Part shown: positions 30,195-41,500 of the stretch, piece after piece
Layout of the letters: every line of letters starts with the position of its first letter
Position numbering within the stretch: the first letter of the stretch is position 1
IMG/VR virus record: IMGVR_UViG_3300008114_000019
Coordinates: 4,068-68,067 of that record
Source of the DNA: a virus
Reading direction: 5' to 3' (one strand)
Length of the DNA: 64,000 nt
Program-made: the position numbers and the translations under genes
The notes under the pieces: generated by a model
What the model saw: only the letters and a program-made list of their open reading frames with translations
Database searches by the model: none
What the model was told of the DNA's origin: nothing

Positions 30195-30845
30195 CTAAGC
30201 AATTGTACGGTCAACGATCTTACCATACATACCGTCATCTAACGGCAACATACGGAAAGTTACGTCAAACATAGATGCTGCATCACGTTTTGCTGATGCT
30301 ACTACGTTTTCGATTGACAAAGCACGGTATCCGATATAGATACGTTCCTTATCGATTGATGGGTCACCAGTTCCTGGACCAACGGCTACTAAACCACGTT
30401 CTAGAGGAACGTCGCCCAATTCACCTGAGTTGATGTCGAAACTTTGGCTTCCTGTACCAATACCTGTTGCGGTTGATAGTTCATCTAAGTCATTTACGTT
30501 TGCTGCTACTGCCACTAGAAGATTTTCTAATGTTGCTTCTGCAAATGATGTTGCCAAAGATACTTGCATGCCGTCTTTGAAAAGACGAGCAACGTCAAGA
30601 ACTTGATCAACTTGAACTTCACCGAAAGATGGTTGGAATGTAAGTTCAATACCATTGCTGGTATAACCTACGTTTGTAAAGTCAGTATCATCAGCCAAAG
30701 TATCTTTGTATGATGTTGCTGCTTCAAATGCTGGTAGTGGTCCACCAACAGTACCGATTGCTTGTGCTAAAGCACCATCATTGTATGTAAACAATGCGGC
30801 AGCACCAACGATAATGTTATTGGACGATCCACGAGAATATGCCAT
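30195..30845 (-). CDS. Major tail tube protein
   Basis: NIIVGAA, VGYTSNGIEL, VDQVLD, FAEATLENL; followed by a terminator. Confidence 0.85.
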   Translation of the reverse strand: MAYSRGSSNNIIVGAAALFTYNDGALAQAIGTVGGPLPAFEAATSYKDTLADDTDFTNVGYTSNGIELTFQPSFGEVQVDQVLDVARLFKDGMQVSLATSFAEATLENLLVAVAANVNDLDELSTATGIGTGSQSFDINSGELGDVPLERGLVAVGPGTGDPSIDKERIYIGYRALSIENVVASAKRDAASMFDVTFRMLPLDDGMYGKIVDRTIA

Positions 30846-30924
30846 TTATTTCACCTCTCCTTGTAAAGGGTTTTATTAAATTGTAAAGCGTTGTTTCCTC
30901 AAAATCAAGTATAACACCATTTTC

Positions 30925-31458
30925 TTATCCCTTATGCCAGTCATAATCAAGTATAATCTTGTTTCCAGCATAGGTTCTGGCTGTTCCAAAGTCTATGATA
31001 TCTCTAGTTTCTTGAAGTTGATAGGTTTTAAAGGTATGAAAGTATAGGGGAAGAGACATATCTTTAAGTGCTATGTTTGGACCAGGTACAACGGTATCTT
31101 GATTATCTCTTATCCACTTATTTATGTCAACAGCAGACTCGTCTAGCCCATTTAAAAGATCTTGAATTTTTTGACTTACTATAATAGTTCTTTCAACTGC
31201 ATCTTCACCAAAATTATAAAAATAGTACATTATTTGTTCACAATATATGTGTGGAAAATTTTTTCTATTCATTCTAAACATTCTGTCATATACTGCAAAT
31301 GTTCCTGTTGAATTTGGAAATGTTTCAGTTAGAGCAGCAATATCTGTTGGACTAGTAGGAAAAAACGGTATCGTTAAATCTTGATCAAAAAACTCACTAA
31401 CCTTATTTTGTAAGTAAGCATTAATTAATGATGGTGGATGATGTATTGTGGCAGCCAT
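30925..31458 (-). CDS. Putative tail terminator / completion protein
   Basis: Synteny: directly upstream of the major tail gene. Confidence 0.5.
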   Translation of the reverse strand: MAATIHHPPSLINAYLQNKVSEFFDQDLTIPFFPTSPTDIAALTETFPNSTGTFAVYDRMFRMNRKNFPHIYCEQIMYYFYNFGEDAVERTIIVSQKIQDLLNGLDESAVDINKWIRDNQDTVVPGPNIALKDMSLPLYFHTFKTYQLQETRDIIDFGTARTYAGNKIILDYDWHKG

Positions 31459-32126
31459 TATGCAATCACCGCATTAGCAATCCATTTGTATCCAGTTGAA
31501 TATCCAACACCTTTACCGTTACGTTTTCCTGCTGCCATGTTTGTTTTAAATACTTGTGGTCTTTTTATGTAATCATATAATCCAGATGCCTTTAAAAATG
31601 ATTGTTTAAAATATTGAAGAAAGAATATATCTATGGTTGATTCAAAACTACCCTGTGCATCTTCTCCACCAGGATTATTTACTTTAACTGCATTTCTAGT
31701 AAATACTGTTTCTCCATCTTGTTCAAAAACCAATACAGGAGATTTTTTAGGTCTTATTGTAACTGGCACACCATTTTCCATTATTCTTGCTTTATTATAA
31801 AATGGCTCTGTAGATCCACTTTTAACTTGAGATGATTGTGTAAATGTTGACATTACTGATAGTCCTAATCCACTAACAGTATACTGTATATCAAATAATC
31901 TAGACTCTGGACTTCCAGATTTATACCACTCGTATACGTGTTGCAATGCTGCTGGATCTATTCTAGCGTTTGTATCAATAAATTCTTTTAAGGCTTCTAT
32001 TGTTTGTTTTCCAAGATTATTTAAAAATACTTGTTTGCCACCCTCTACTCCTTCTAAAAATCCCATAGAGTATTTTACAATATTGTCCATATCTTTTTTA
32101 AATTGTTTTGTATCAAACCTTATCAT
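31458..32126 (-). CDS. Putative neck/tail completion protein
   Basis: Synteny; ARIMENG...IRPKK...LVFE pattern seen in neck proteins. Confidence 0.5.
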   Translation of the reverse strand: MIRFDTKQFKKDMDNIVKYSMGFLEGVEGGKQVFLNNLGKQTIEALKEFIDTNARIDPAALQHVYEWYKSGSPESRLFDIQYTVSGLGLSVMSTFTQSSQVKSGSTEPFYNKARIMENGVPVTIRPKKSPVLVFEQDGETVFTRNAVKVNNPGGEDAQGSFESTIDIFFLQYFKQSFLKASGLYDYIKRPQVFKTNMAAGKRNGKGVGYSTGYKWIANAVIA

Positions 32127-32572
32127 AAATCTACCGCCTGATTGTCAGATCTTTTAATAATAATCTTATAGTATTCTGTTTTACCAAATAATCCAGAGTA
32201 TGGACTAAGTGTTGCAATTTCAAAAAGAGTTGACTTGCCAGCACGAACTCCTCCTGTTTCAACATATATAGGGTTACCTTCTCCGTCTGATATGTTTGTT
32301 ATAAGAAGATTAGTTAATGCAATTCCACTGTTTATATCGTTAAACCTAATATCATTTGGTACCCTGCCAGTTAGAACTGTATCAAATACAATTGCTACAT
32401 TCTGTACCTGCTGTTCTTCTTTATTTCTAATATTGCCAGATGCAAAGTAGCATTTTATATCTTTAAATTTTGACCATTGCTTTTTAATATTACCGTATTG
32501 ACCTTGTTCAACTGCTGAATAGTATACTTCTGCTGTCATTGGGTATAAAAAGTTGTCGTCTAAACATGTCAT
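32123..32572 (-). CDS. Putative head-closure (stopper) protein
   Basis: Synteny and size. Confidence 0.5.
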   Translation of the reverse strand: MTCLDDNFLYPMTAEVYYSAVEQGQYGNIKKQWSKFKDIKCYFASGNIRNKEEQQVQNVAIVFDTVLTGRVPNDIRFNDINSGIALTNLLITNISDGEGNPIYVETGGVRAGKSTLFEIATLSPYSGLFGKTEYYKIIIKRSDNQAVDL

Positions 32573-33483
32573 AGTATTCCTAATCTTGTAATATTCTTAG
32601 TATATTTTGATAATATTTGATCAACTATTATATTACCTGTACCGCTAAATAATTTATCAGCATTAAATTTAACCTTGTATTGGTCAGTTTGATATTCTTC
32701 AACATATCTTTTATATTGATCAAGTCTTCCACATTTAATATCATTAATTAACATCTCTGTTGCTGCTTGAATGTCTGCTGGAACTGTTTTATAACCAGCA
32801 TCTAGAACTAGTGTGTAATCGTATCCTGTTGGAAAAGTAACTGTATCCCAACCATAATATCCTAAATCTCCATATGATACTGGAACATTTGGAAGTGTTT
32901 TTTCTAATCTATTCCAAGAGTCTGTAGAGTCTGGAGTAAATGCTTGAATTGCAGAGTTGTCAAGTGTTAATTTAAAATATTTTTCATTTACTTCTTCTTC
33001 TGCATCAAAAACTAAAACATCATTTTCATAAACCTTTAAAACCTTATATGCATTTATCCATAAAGGAATATAGTCTAAGCCTTCTCCAACTGTTTGATAA
33101 ATAATTTTTTTGTTGTAAAAACCATCAGTAATAAAAGAGTCTATTATTGATCTTGCAATAAGTTCATTATATGTTGCTTCTGTTATTTCTGAAGCAGTAG
33201 TTCCAAGTTTGTTTGGATTAGTATATGGTCTAATAATATCTAAATTATCTTCAAAAATTATTTCTTCATCTGAGTTTAAAATTTTAACATCATAGTTTCT
33301 ATCAAACTCTATTTTTGATAATGGCAACGTATATGTTAATTGTGAATTTTCATCTGATGTTATATTGTATATATCAACAAAGTGTTCCACCAAATCCTCT
33401 AATCTAAGAGTATAAATGTCTCCACTTGTTGGGACATCAAACTTAATTGTTAGTGGGTATGGTGGAACCCTTAATGCTTCCAT
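32569..33483 (-). CDS. Head-tail adaptor protein
   Basis: ARSIIDSF...AGYKTVPADIQAAT...VDQILSKY adaptor-like motifs. Confidence 0.7.
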   Translation of the reverse strand: MEALRVPPYPLTIKFDVPTSGDIYTLRLEDLVEHFVDIYNITSDENSQLTYTLPLSKIEFDRNYDVKILNSDEEIIFEDNLDIIRPYTNPNKLGTTASEITEATYNELIARSIIDSFITDGFYNKKIIYQTVGEGLDYIPLWINAYKVLKVYENDVLVFDAEEEVNEKYFKLTLDNSAIQAFTPDSTDSWNRLEKTLPNVPVSYGDLGYYGWDTVTFPTGYDYTLVLDAGYKTVPADIQAATEMLINDIKCGRLDQYKRYVEEYQTDQYKVKFNADKLFSGTGNIIVDQILSKYTKNITRLGIL

Positions 33484-33486
33484 TGT

Positions 33487-33924
33487 TTATAAGCCGTATT
33501 CCTTTGCAACTTGTTCTGGACTTAAAACTGTAATATGATCACGCTTTGACCATTCTTTTGCTTCGTCTGGTGTAACATAATTAATACCAATTTTAACCTG
33601 TCCAACACCCATCCAAGATACATTTCTTGTTGATCTAATTGCAACCTTTTCTTTATCTTTTTTAGGTTTAGCAACTTCTTTTTCTTTTTTAGGTTTAGGT
33701 TGTTTTGCAACTCCAATTGCACCAGTTGATAATGGTGATAAGCCTTGAACAAGTTCTTCAACTGCTTCTTTTTTATCTTCTGGAATTACTGCTTCTTCTG
33801 GAGCCAATATTGCTGGTTGTGGTTTAACTTCTTCTACAGTATCTTCAACAACTGCTTCTTGAATAGTATTTTCTTCAATTGTTTCTGATGTTTGTGAATC
33901 TAAGTTATTGTCTAATTCTGACAT
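33487..33924 (-). CDS. Hypothetical protein after major capsid gene
   Basis: Acidic/Lys-rich low-complexity N-half; own TGATATAAT promoter and AGGAGG RBS. Confidence 0.6.
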   Translation of the reverse strand: MSELDNNLDSQTSETIEENTIQEAVVEDTVEEVKPQPAILAPEEAVIPEDKKEAVEELVQGLSPLSTGAIGVAKQPKPKKEKEVAKPKKDKEKVAIRSTRNVSWMGVGQVKIGINYVTPDEAKEWSKRDHITVLSPEQVAKEYGL

Positions 33925-33962
33925 ATATTCCTCCTTTTAGTATTATATCATTTAATTAAATA

Positions 33963-34000
33963 TTAAAGGGAGTAAGAAAATTAATCCCTACTCCCTTTAA
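33963..34000 (-). terminator. Terminator hairpin after major capsid gene
   Basis: Inverted repeat TTAAAGGGAGTA ... TACTCCCTTTAA. Confidence 0.75.
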
Positions 34001-34014
34001 ATTTGGGTTACAGA

Positions 34015-35160
34015 TTAAGCATCTGCTGCTGCGTCTGCGTAAGCAACTGCATCTAGTTCTTCCCATTGAATACCAAAACGAACGAAAACTGTATATTCTA
34101 CAGTATCTTTCTTAGGTTTGTATTCACGGTTAACTGTGATGTCTCGTTGGAAGCCCCATACACGGTTCTGTGGGAATGTCAAATCGACATATCCTGCAGG
34201 GTAGTAAGGAACTTCTTGAACGTCAATTCCGAGTACACGAGTTGTACGTGCTGCTCCAAATGTTTGTCCAACTCCATCTAGGTAGCCTTGACGATTTGAT
34301 TCGGTGCTTCCTGGACGGAAAGCAAATGCTTCTGCTACTGCGTCTGCAAGTGTTCCGTTGTGCTTAACAATTCCTTGGAATACGTCTGTACCTGCGTAGA
34401 ACTTAAGATTGTTCTTAAGTGCACGGTATTTACGTGGCATTGCAAGAATTATGTTTTGCATAACTTCTGGTGTCCAGCGGTTGCTGGCTACGGTGACAAC
34501 TGATTCGTGTGCACCTGAACCAACGGCTTTTGCACGGTTAATGAAACCGTTCATGATGGACAAGAATGATCCTGTTGATCCATCACCATTGATTGCAAGG
34601 TCTTCGATATCGTTACCGAATGCATTAGTCATCAATCTTACGATATGATCTTCTAATGCTGCACCTTCAATATTGTCTTCTAATGCTTCTGATGATACTT
34701 CCCAATCTAAGCGAATTTTCTTTGTAGTTAATTCAACTTTTGAGAATGTTGCACCAGCGTTTGTGTAATCGCCTAGACCTTGTGCGGCTGCACGAATTAC
34801 ACGTTCTCCAACGTTAACTTTTTCAAGTTCCATTGTGTTTGCTCTCATGGTCACTCTGCGACCGTCTTGAGCCAATACAGTTGCATCCCACACGTAGTCA
34901 ATAAAACGACGTGCTTGTTCAGGACGTAGGATACCGCTTCCAGTATCACCTGAAGGATTTACTGCATTTGGACCAGTTGTAACTCCTGATAATGCATCAG
35001 GGATGTTGTTTAAGACACCACCAGTTGCGTAGTTACCTGGAACGTTTTCTGCTGTATCAGAGCCAGATGCGAATGCACCTTGTGCTTGGTATAAGCCTGG
35101 TGCTTCGTTACCGATGTTTCCATCAGTACCTGGTTGATTTTTGATTATTTCTTCCGACAT
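34015..35160 (-). CDS. Major capsid protein (HK97-like fold)
   Basis: GILRPEQARRFID, SSEALEDNIEG, NDIEDLAINGD; start MSEEI after a GGAGGTG RBS; follows the protease gene. Confidence 0.9.
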   Translation of the reverse strand: MSEEIIKNQPGTDGNIGNEAPGLYQAQGAFASGSDTAENVPGNYATGGVLNNIPDALSGVTTGPNAVNPSGDTGSGILRPEQARRFIDYVWDATVLAQDGRRVTMRANTMELEKVNVGERVIRAAAQGLGDYTNAGATFSKVELTTKKIRLDWEVSSEALEDNIEGAALEDHIVRLMTNAFGNDIEDLAINGDGSTGSFLSIMNGFINRAKAVGSGAHESVVTVASNRWTPEVMQNIILAMPRKYRALKNNLKFYAGTDVFQGIVKHNGTLADAVAEAFAFRPGSTESNRQGYLDGVGQTFGAARTTRVLGIDVQEVPYYPAGYVDLTFPQNRVWGFQRDITVNREYKPKKDTVEYTVFVRFGIQWEELDAVAYADAAADA

Positions 35161-35183
35161 ATATTTCACCTCCGAGTGATTTT

Positions 35184-36500
35184 CTATCTGAATAGATCGG
35201 CTGTTTTGAGGAAACGTCCGCCCCATAGGGATTTTTCAACCATTGCTGGTTGTAACTGTACGACCTCGCCGAGATCGCCAGACTTTCGGAAAGCGGTGTC
35301 AGATTCTACTGATTCCATTCTCTTTCCAAACTCATTAACTGCACCATTTGTTTCAATTAGTGCATCTTGTGTTTTTGCAACTTGTGATTTTGTATCAACA
35401 AGTGCTTTATTTAAATCTGCAACTTCTGCCTGTAAAGACTTTACTGTTGCAAGTAGATCGCTAAAGGCTGATGTAAGAGTATTCTTAACTTCTGTTACTG
35501 CCTCAACAATAACATCGTCTGCTTTAGATACTTCTGTAGTCACTTCTTCAGTAACTTCTGCTACTGCTTCTACTGTATCTGCTTTTTCAGCATCTACAAC
35601 TGCTTCTGCGGCTGGTGCATCTTCTGCAACAACTTCTGCAGCAGGAGCATCAACTACTGCATCTGCCTCTGGAGCAACCTCAACATTTTCAACTGCAATA
35701 TCAGATTTTTCAACAATCTCTGCTACTACTTCTGTTGTTTCTGTCATAGGACTTACCTCCTTGGTAATCTTAGAAGTATTAATGCCTTTAGCACTATCAA
35801 CTAAGAACTTTATCATATCGATTTTTTCGCTATCCGTTTTTTCAACGAATCCTATATTTTTCATTTCATTACCAGTCGTTGGACTGATTTCTTTTTCATT
35901 TTCTGAAACCATAACAATTCCTGTTTCTGAATCCCAGAACACATTTTCTAAAGTTGTATTGTCACCTTTAACTACTGCAACACCATCTACTTTTTCTACA
36001 GACATAATGTTTGCAAATTGATTTGCTGGAGAATCTACAAGACTCAATTCAACAAGATCATAGTCTTTAATAATTCTAATTTGAGAATCTAACTTCTCAT
36101 CAAAAGCATCGTCCCACTTATTCATTTTTCCACCAATAGAAAAACCTGTTAGTGTTCCATCCAAAACCTTTTCCCATGTGCTTTGAGCACCTTTGGATAC
36201 GTAAGCAGAAACAAAAACACCATTATAAAATTTCTTAGATTCTGTATCAAAATATTTTTCTTGTTTGAATGAAACCATTTTGCCTACTGCTAATGGTTGG
36301 TGCATTTCTCTTATGTTACCTCGAAAATTTTCAAATGCCTTCATGCTGGCTTCTGTAGTAACAATGTCCATTTGACGATCTACGTTATCCAATGAGGCAA
36401 AGCCTGAAACAATACGTCGTTCTTTATCAACCTTACTAAAAGGCATAGAAAGGCGGACATTCTCGCCTTCTGTATTCCATTGGGCTTTTAATATAGACAT
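35184..36500 (-). CDS. Prohead protease fused to scaffold
   Basis: RIVSGFAS, IREMH, GFSIGG, ELSLVDSPAN (HK97-type protease) followed by an acidic Ala/Glu coiled-coil. Confidence 0.88.
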   Translation of the reverse strand: MSILKAQWNTEGENVRLSMPFSKVDKERRIVSGFASLDNVDRQMDIVTTEASMKAFENFRGNIREMHQPLAVGKMVSFKQEKYFDTESKKFYNGVFVSAYVSKGAQSTWEKVLDGTLTGFSIGGKMNKWDDAFDEKLDSQIRIIKDYDLVELSLVDSPANQFANIMSVEKVDGVAVVKGDNTTLENVFWDSETGIVMVSENEKEISPTTGNEMKNIGFVEKTDSEKIDMIKFLVDSAKGINTSKITKEVSPMTETTEVVAEIVEKSDIAVENVEVAPEADAVVDAPAAEVVAEDAPAAEAVVDAEKADTVEAVAEVTEEVTTEVSKADDVIVEAVTEVKNTLTSAFSDLLATVKSLQAEVADLNKALVDTKSQVAKTQDALIETNGAVNEFGKRMESVESDTAFRKSGDLGEVVQLQPAMVEKSLWGGRFLKTADLFR

Positions 36501-36524
36501 CGTACTATACATTATAGAACCCTT

Positions 36525-36555
36525 TTATACACACGTTATAAACATGTTATAAACA
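36525..36555. repeat. Three 9-bp direct repeats at 11-bp period upstream of protease/capsid genes
   Basis: TTATACACA (36525), TTATAAACA (36536), TTATAAACA (36547). Confidence 0.6.
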
Positions 36556-36561
36556 GGCTAA

Positions 36562-38157
36562 CTAGTTTGAAGATCTACCCTCGCCCTTTGGATTTCTACC
36601 ACTTATAGTTGCAGTTCCATCAGACTGGTTATTCAATCTTTCACCATCTCTTGCACGGTTGGCATCATTATTCATAGTTTCTGGTTTAGCCACAAAGGGA
36701 TCATCCCCACCATCTCTTTGTGGAAGACCCAATGCTACTCGTGCTTCGTTAGGCATCATAATTTGTGTTTTTACATATCTTTCAAGTATTTGTGATTGGG
36801 CTATCTCATCCGTTAAGGTAAGTTCATTAAATTTAAACTCTAAGATGTCTTGTTTCTCACGTATAATCTTATTAATTTGTTTCTCAAGTTGTGCCTGTGC
36901 TGGTCTTGCTACTTGTTCCTTAAAAGTACGATCTTGGGCTATTGCTGCAGCAATGGCTGCTGAATCAGACCCACCAAGTTTAGAAAGTGGTACCTGATGA
37001 GCAACCAAAATATCATCACGATTCTGTTTTCTGTATTCTTTAAATGAGCCTTCTTGCACTCCAGACTCAATAGGCTCCATCTTAAACTCTACTTTGTTAT
37101 TTTCTGAATCTCCAGGAAGAGGTATATACAAAGTTCTATGATTTTGACCCTTTAATCCAGTCTGTAAAAATCTAAACATCTTGTCTTCTGCATCAGCAGA
37201 AAGTTTGGCACCCTTCATTGTTACCACATATCTTGGAACTGCTTTGTTGCCAAAGTAATCTATGTTATATTGTGAGGCTAACTGATCACCATGTAGTGAT
37301 GAAATTGCTGAGATAATATCTGGTACTCCATAAAATGTATTTAATGGTGAGTATTGTTTAAAGTGAATAATTTCATTTGGTCTTGGATCAGCAGTTACTG
37401 GGTTTGGATTAGTTGCACCAAAGTTTCTAAAGTAAACTACCTTATTTGCAATAACCTGAACATATCCATCTCTTAATCTGCGACAACGCATTGTTGTTGC
37501 TGGAATGTGTCCAATATATCCAATTTCTCCACGAGTAGTTCTACCAATTTCCATATATCCATTACCTATGGCTTGAACATCTGTATATATCTTTTCCATA
37601 GTTGTTGTAAATGAATCATCTTGGTTTAAACTTTCTAACCAGTCACGTAATTCAATTTTTGCTCTTTCAATTCTTTTTCTAGCACGACTTACTGCTAATT
37701 CATCTGAAGAGCCATCTAATTTAAGCATTGTTCTTTTTGATACTTCAAAATCATATCCCAAACCTACAATATTTTCAACCTTAGCATCGATGGCTGCATG
37801 ATTAGCAAAAGAGGTATCGTAATAGTTAGCAAGTTCATAAACGTTCCATGGTGGCGTAATAACATCAAATAGTCCATAACCATTTCTAAACACATTACCT
37901 GGATTTATTTGATTAGAATGAGCACCGTTAACGCCTTGAGGAACTGCTATAGCATTATCAATATAAGATTGTTGAGTTGTGTCTACTAATGCTTTAGACA
38001 TTCTTGCTGCACGACGTTTAAAATTATTATCCAAACCAGAATAGTTTTTTAACTCTTCCCAATTTTTATTAAATGGATCTGAGTTTGCAAAAGCGTTTTG
38101 AGATTGTTCGCTATCGTCTAATCTTGCACCAATAACATAATCAAAGTCATCACTCAT
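36562..38157 (-). CDS. Portal protein
   Basis: IGNGYMEI, EIIHFK, YGVPD, YFGNKAVP, ILVAHQVP, MMPNEARVALGLP. Confidence 0.92.
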   Translation of the reverse strand: MSDDFDYVIGARLDDSEQSQNAFANSDPFNKNWEELKNYSGLDNNFKRRAARMSKALVDTTQQSYIDNAIAVPQGVNGAHSNQINPGNVFRNGYGLFDVITPPWNVYELANYYDTSFANHAAIDAKVENIVGLGYDFEVSKRTMLKLDGSSDELAVSRARKRIERAKIELRDWLESLNQDDSFTTTMEKIYTDVQAIGNGYMEIGRTTRGEIGYIGHIPATTMRCRRLRDGYVQVIANKVVYFRNFGATNPNPVTADPRPNEIIHFKQYSPLNTFYGVPDIISAISSLHGDQLASQYNIDYFGNKAVPRYVVTMKGAKLSADAEDKMFRFLQTGLKGQNHRTLYIPLPGDSENNKVEFKMEPIESGVQEGSFKEYRKQNRDDILVAHQVPLSKLGGSDSAAIAAAIAQDRTFKEQVARPAQAQLEKQINKIIREKQDILEFKFNELTLTDEIAQSQILERYVKTQIMMPNEARVALGLPQRDGGDDPFVAKPETMNNDANRARDGERLNNQSDGTATISGRNPKGEGRSSN

Positions 38158-38558
38158 TATTCTTCGTCTCCGTACTTAGCAATGGTTGCTTTTGCTGCGG
38201 CAACTGCACCAAGATCGTTAAGGTTAGGAATTAATCCTGCCTTCATTCTGTCTACTTGTTCAGAATACTCTTCGTCAGTAACCCTTCCCATACCTGGAAA
38301 AAATACAGCCTCGCCATCTGGTTCTCCATAATATGCTGCTGCTCTTTTTATTTCTGCCAATGCTGCAATGTCATTTTTCATGGCTGGTATATTTAAAATA
38401 TTGCCACTTCCATCAGTAAACCATCTACCATTTGCTCTTTTCCAAACATAAATACCCCAGTCATAGTTTTTATCAATAAATGTTATCTTTGAATCGCCAA
38501 TTTGGCCTTTCATACGAGGTTTGCTTTTTTTGTTTGGATTTTGATTATTCATAACCAT
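38157..38558 (-). CDS. Hypothetical protein upstream of portal
   Basis: 133-aa ORF whose stop overlaps the portal start. Confidence 0.6.
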   Translation of the reverse strand: MVMNNQNPNKKSKPRMKGQIGDSKITFIDKNYDWGIYVWKRANGRWFTDGSGNILNIPAMKNDIAALAEIKRAAAYYGEPDGEAVFFPGMGRVTDEEYSEQVDRMKAGLIPNLNDLGAVAAAKATIAKYGDEE

Positions 38559-38570
38559 TAGTATACCATA

Positions 38571-41500
38571 TTATGTTGGATTAAGGACATATTGTTGCCA
38601 TGATGAACCAATATAGATAGGATTTTCAGAACTTTTTGTCAACAACTGCTTTTCTCCATCATTTCCTATTATAATTTTATTTGTTCCCATATAGGTTTTA
38701 TAAATATTAGAAGGAATATCGCCAAAATCTGAAGAAGATGTCTTAATTAATACTCCAAACCACAAATATCCTTCATTCCAAAACTCCCAATCAAAACTAA
38801 ACGGAGTCTCTGCACCTATAATATACTGCTGTTTTACCTCATCCCAGATTCTAGTTATAGAACTTTGCCTTTGTTGTAATCCAGTTAATTTATAATAAGA
38901 TATATGGTTATAGGTTAAAGGACCATTAAGATTTATTGATCCAGTAAAGGAATTAAACTTAAGCGGAGTTGCAAAAGATACACTTAAAAAGTACCAGTTT
39001 GTACTATCTATTACTGGATTTGCAACCAAGACTCCGTTTAAGTAATATGATATTCCATTTTGTAATTGACCAGTTTTTGAATCAATAGCGTATATTCTTC
39101 CTCTTTGTCCAGAATCTCCATTTGAAACAATGTAAAAATTAATTGTTGATTCAACTGTATTTATTTGAAATATTTGAACTGGTGTATAGGTAAATTTATT
39201 ATTATCACTTTTAATTGCTATTTGTATAGTGGATACAGAAAAAGTTGAGTCCTTATTTTCATTGATTGGCATACTAATGCCTCTGTTTTGATAATAATTA
39301 AAATCACCTTTTAGTTTTATTCCAGAATATCTGGTTAGGTGCAGGTATGGGTTGGAATGCTTATAAATGCTTATTGGATTTTTTCCTTTATAGTCATTAT
39401 ATATTCCATTCTTAATATATGGATATAACTTGGTTCCAGACTTTGTACTAATAGGAGTAGAAGCATTTTGTTCTAATGATCTAGACGATAACTCTAGTGA
39501 TTTAATTTTTATTTTTCTATTAAATGTTGATCTTACTCTAAATCTTAAATGTGTTGACATAGATAAACTTTCAAAACTAACAGATGAAGGTGGATATATA
39601 ATAGTATCGTTTTCAACTAAAAATATAGTGTTTTGCCAATCTGGGTAGTTGTCTAGGTTTAATATTCCGCTTTTTAGGGCTGGAGCAATTGTTGTAAAAG
39701 ACTCAAAAGATTTATTTATACCTGTTTTTGTAAATTGAAAAGACACATAAGACTGAACTAATGAGTTAACTGAGTCATATTCATAACTTAAATCTGATCT
39801 ATTATATTGTAAGTCTTCATAATTATTATACCCACTAAATAAAGAATTGTCTAGTACTTCATAAGATTGTTGTATTGGTGTTGCAAATTTTTCATTTAAT
39901 TGACCATATGTCCAACCACCCTCGTCTTCAACAATCTTAAAAATAGAAGGTGATGGAAAGTTAATATTATATTGAATATAGTCCAATGAGTATTCTTTTT
40001 TATTAGAAGAATTCGTGATATATTTAGCGAAATACTTTAATGGAACATAGTCTTCCCAATAACCAGAGATGCCTATGTCAAGATAATATTTGTTATATTT
40101 TACTGTTGGGTGAAGTGTATAACTTGCCAAATCATGTTCAATATGAACATTTATATTACTATCATCTTTAATTATTCCACTCTCTTGAAATTGTGAGTCA
40201 AAAAGTTTATGATTATTTTTTGTTGATAACCCAAATCTATACATTTTTTGATTAAAACAAGAACTACCATCTTCATTATTTAATAATATAAGTTTTAATG
40301 AATCCTTGTTTCCAAAAAAAGTTGCAACATCTTTTCCAAATGTAGATATTAATTTTTCTAAATATATTCCAATTTCAATATATGCATCTATTTCGTATGT
40401 TGCTTCATGAAGTATTGTTTCTGTTCCTAATACATTAATTTTATATATTAAGTCCCCATCATCTGTTGTAGATATTGAAAAGAAATCTGAATTATTTTTA
40501 TTTTTAATCAATAATATTGTTGAATCTAATAATGTGGTTGTTTTAAAAATACCATGTAAAGAACTAATTTCTTCATTTAAAATATTAAAATTATTAAAAG
40601 TATAGGATCCAGAATTGTTTAAAAAACTAACCCATAAATTATTTTCATCTTGTTCGCCTAACAACTCATTATACCAACTATCAATATCAACATTATTACT
40701 TATTGACATATTAGGAAGTTCATAATCTGGATTACTTAAATAACTATTATTATAATTTAAATTATCTATTTTTCCTTGTTGCCATTTTCCAATATTGGGA
40801 TAATGATAGTTCGTACCATAATCTGAAAAAGAATAGTCTATATGTGCTGACTTACCACTATAAGAGGAATCTACCGCTTCAAGACCTTGTACCGCTTGAC
40901 CATACACCCATCTTTTTTTTGAAACTATTTCTGGTATTACATAAGGATATATAGCAAAACAATCTAACTCAAATGGATAAATATTTTCATAAGAATAAAA
41001 ACCAAGCCAATCCTGATCTTTATTATTTTCATCCAGTTTTGATAAAAGATTGAGTATAGAGTTGTCAACGTTTAAATCTGCAACCTTTTCTCCATTTAAA
41101 AATAACAAAACTTTATTTTCTAAATATACTATTTGGATTAACATTGGTCTAAACCATTCTCCAACATAAACAGACTTAAAGTTATTATCTATAACTAAAG
41201 TTATAAAACAATCGTCTACATATAAGCCGTCATTAGAATTTATTGGACCAAATATTCTTTTACTTTCTAGAGTATCAACTCCAACCCTTATCCACATCTC
41301 TACAGTATAATTATTGTATCTTCCAGAATCATTTAAAAATCCAAAGCCTGGAAAAATTATAGATGGTTTTGCTGTTTGATCTTCATTAATATTTGGAAAT
41401 AACTTTGTAACATTCGAAGCACCATAAACTAAAGGAACACCAAAGTTTTGTGCATATATTTTATTATTATTAACAAGGTAGTAACCATAGTTTGTATCTG

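Noticed and set aside
172-34648. Numerous short plus-strand ORFs (e.g. 172..567, 7583..7879, 25463..25900, 34409..34648)
   Set aside because: All overlap well-supported minus-strand genes and lack recognisable motifs.
35134-36021. 295-aa plus-strand ORF
   Set aside because: Antisense shadow of the Ala/Glu/Val-rich scaffold region; Ser/Thr/Ala composition is what the reverse frame would give, and no RBS or motif is evident.
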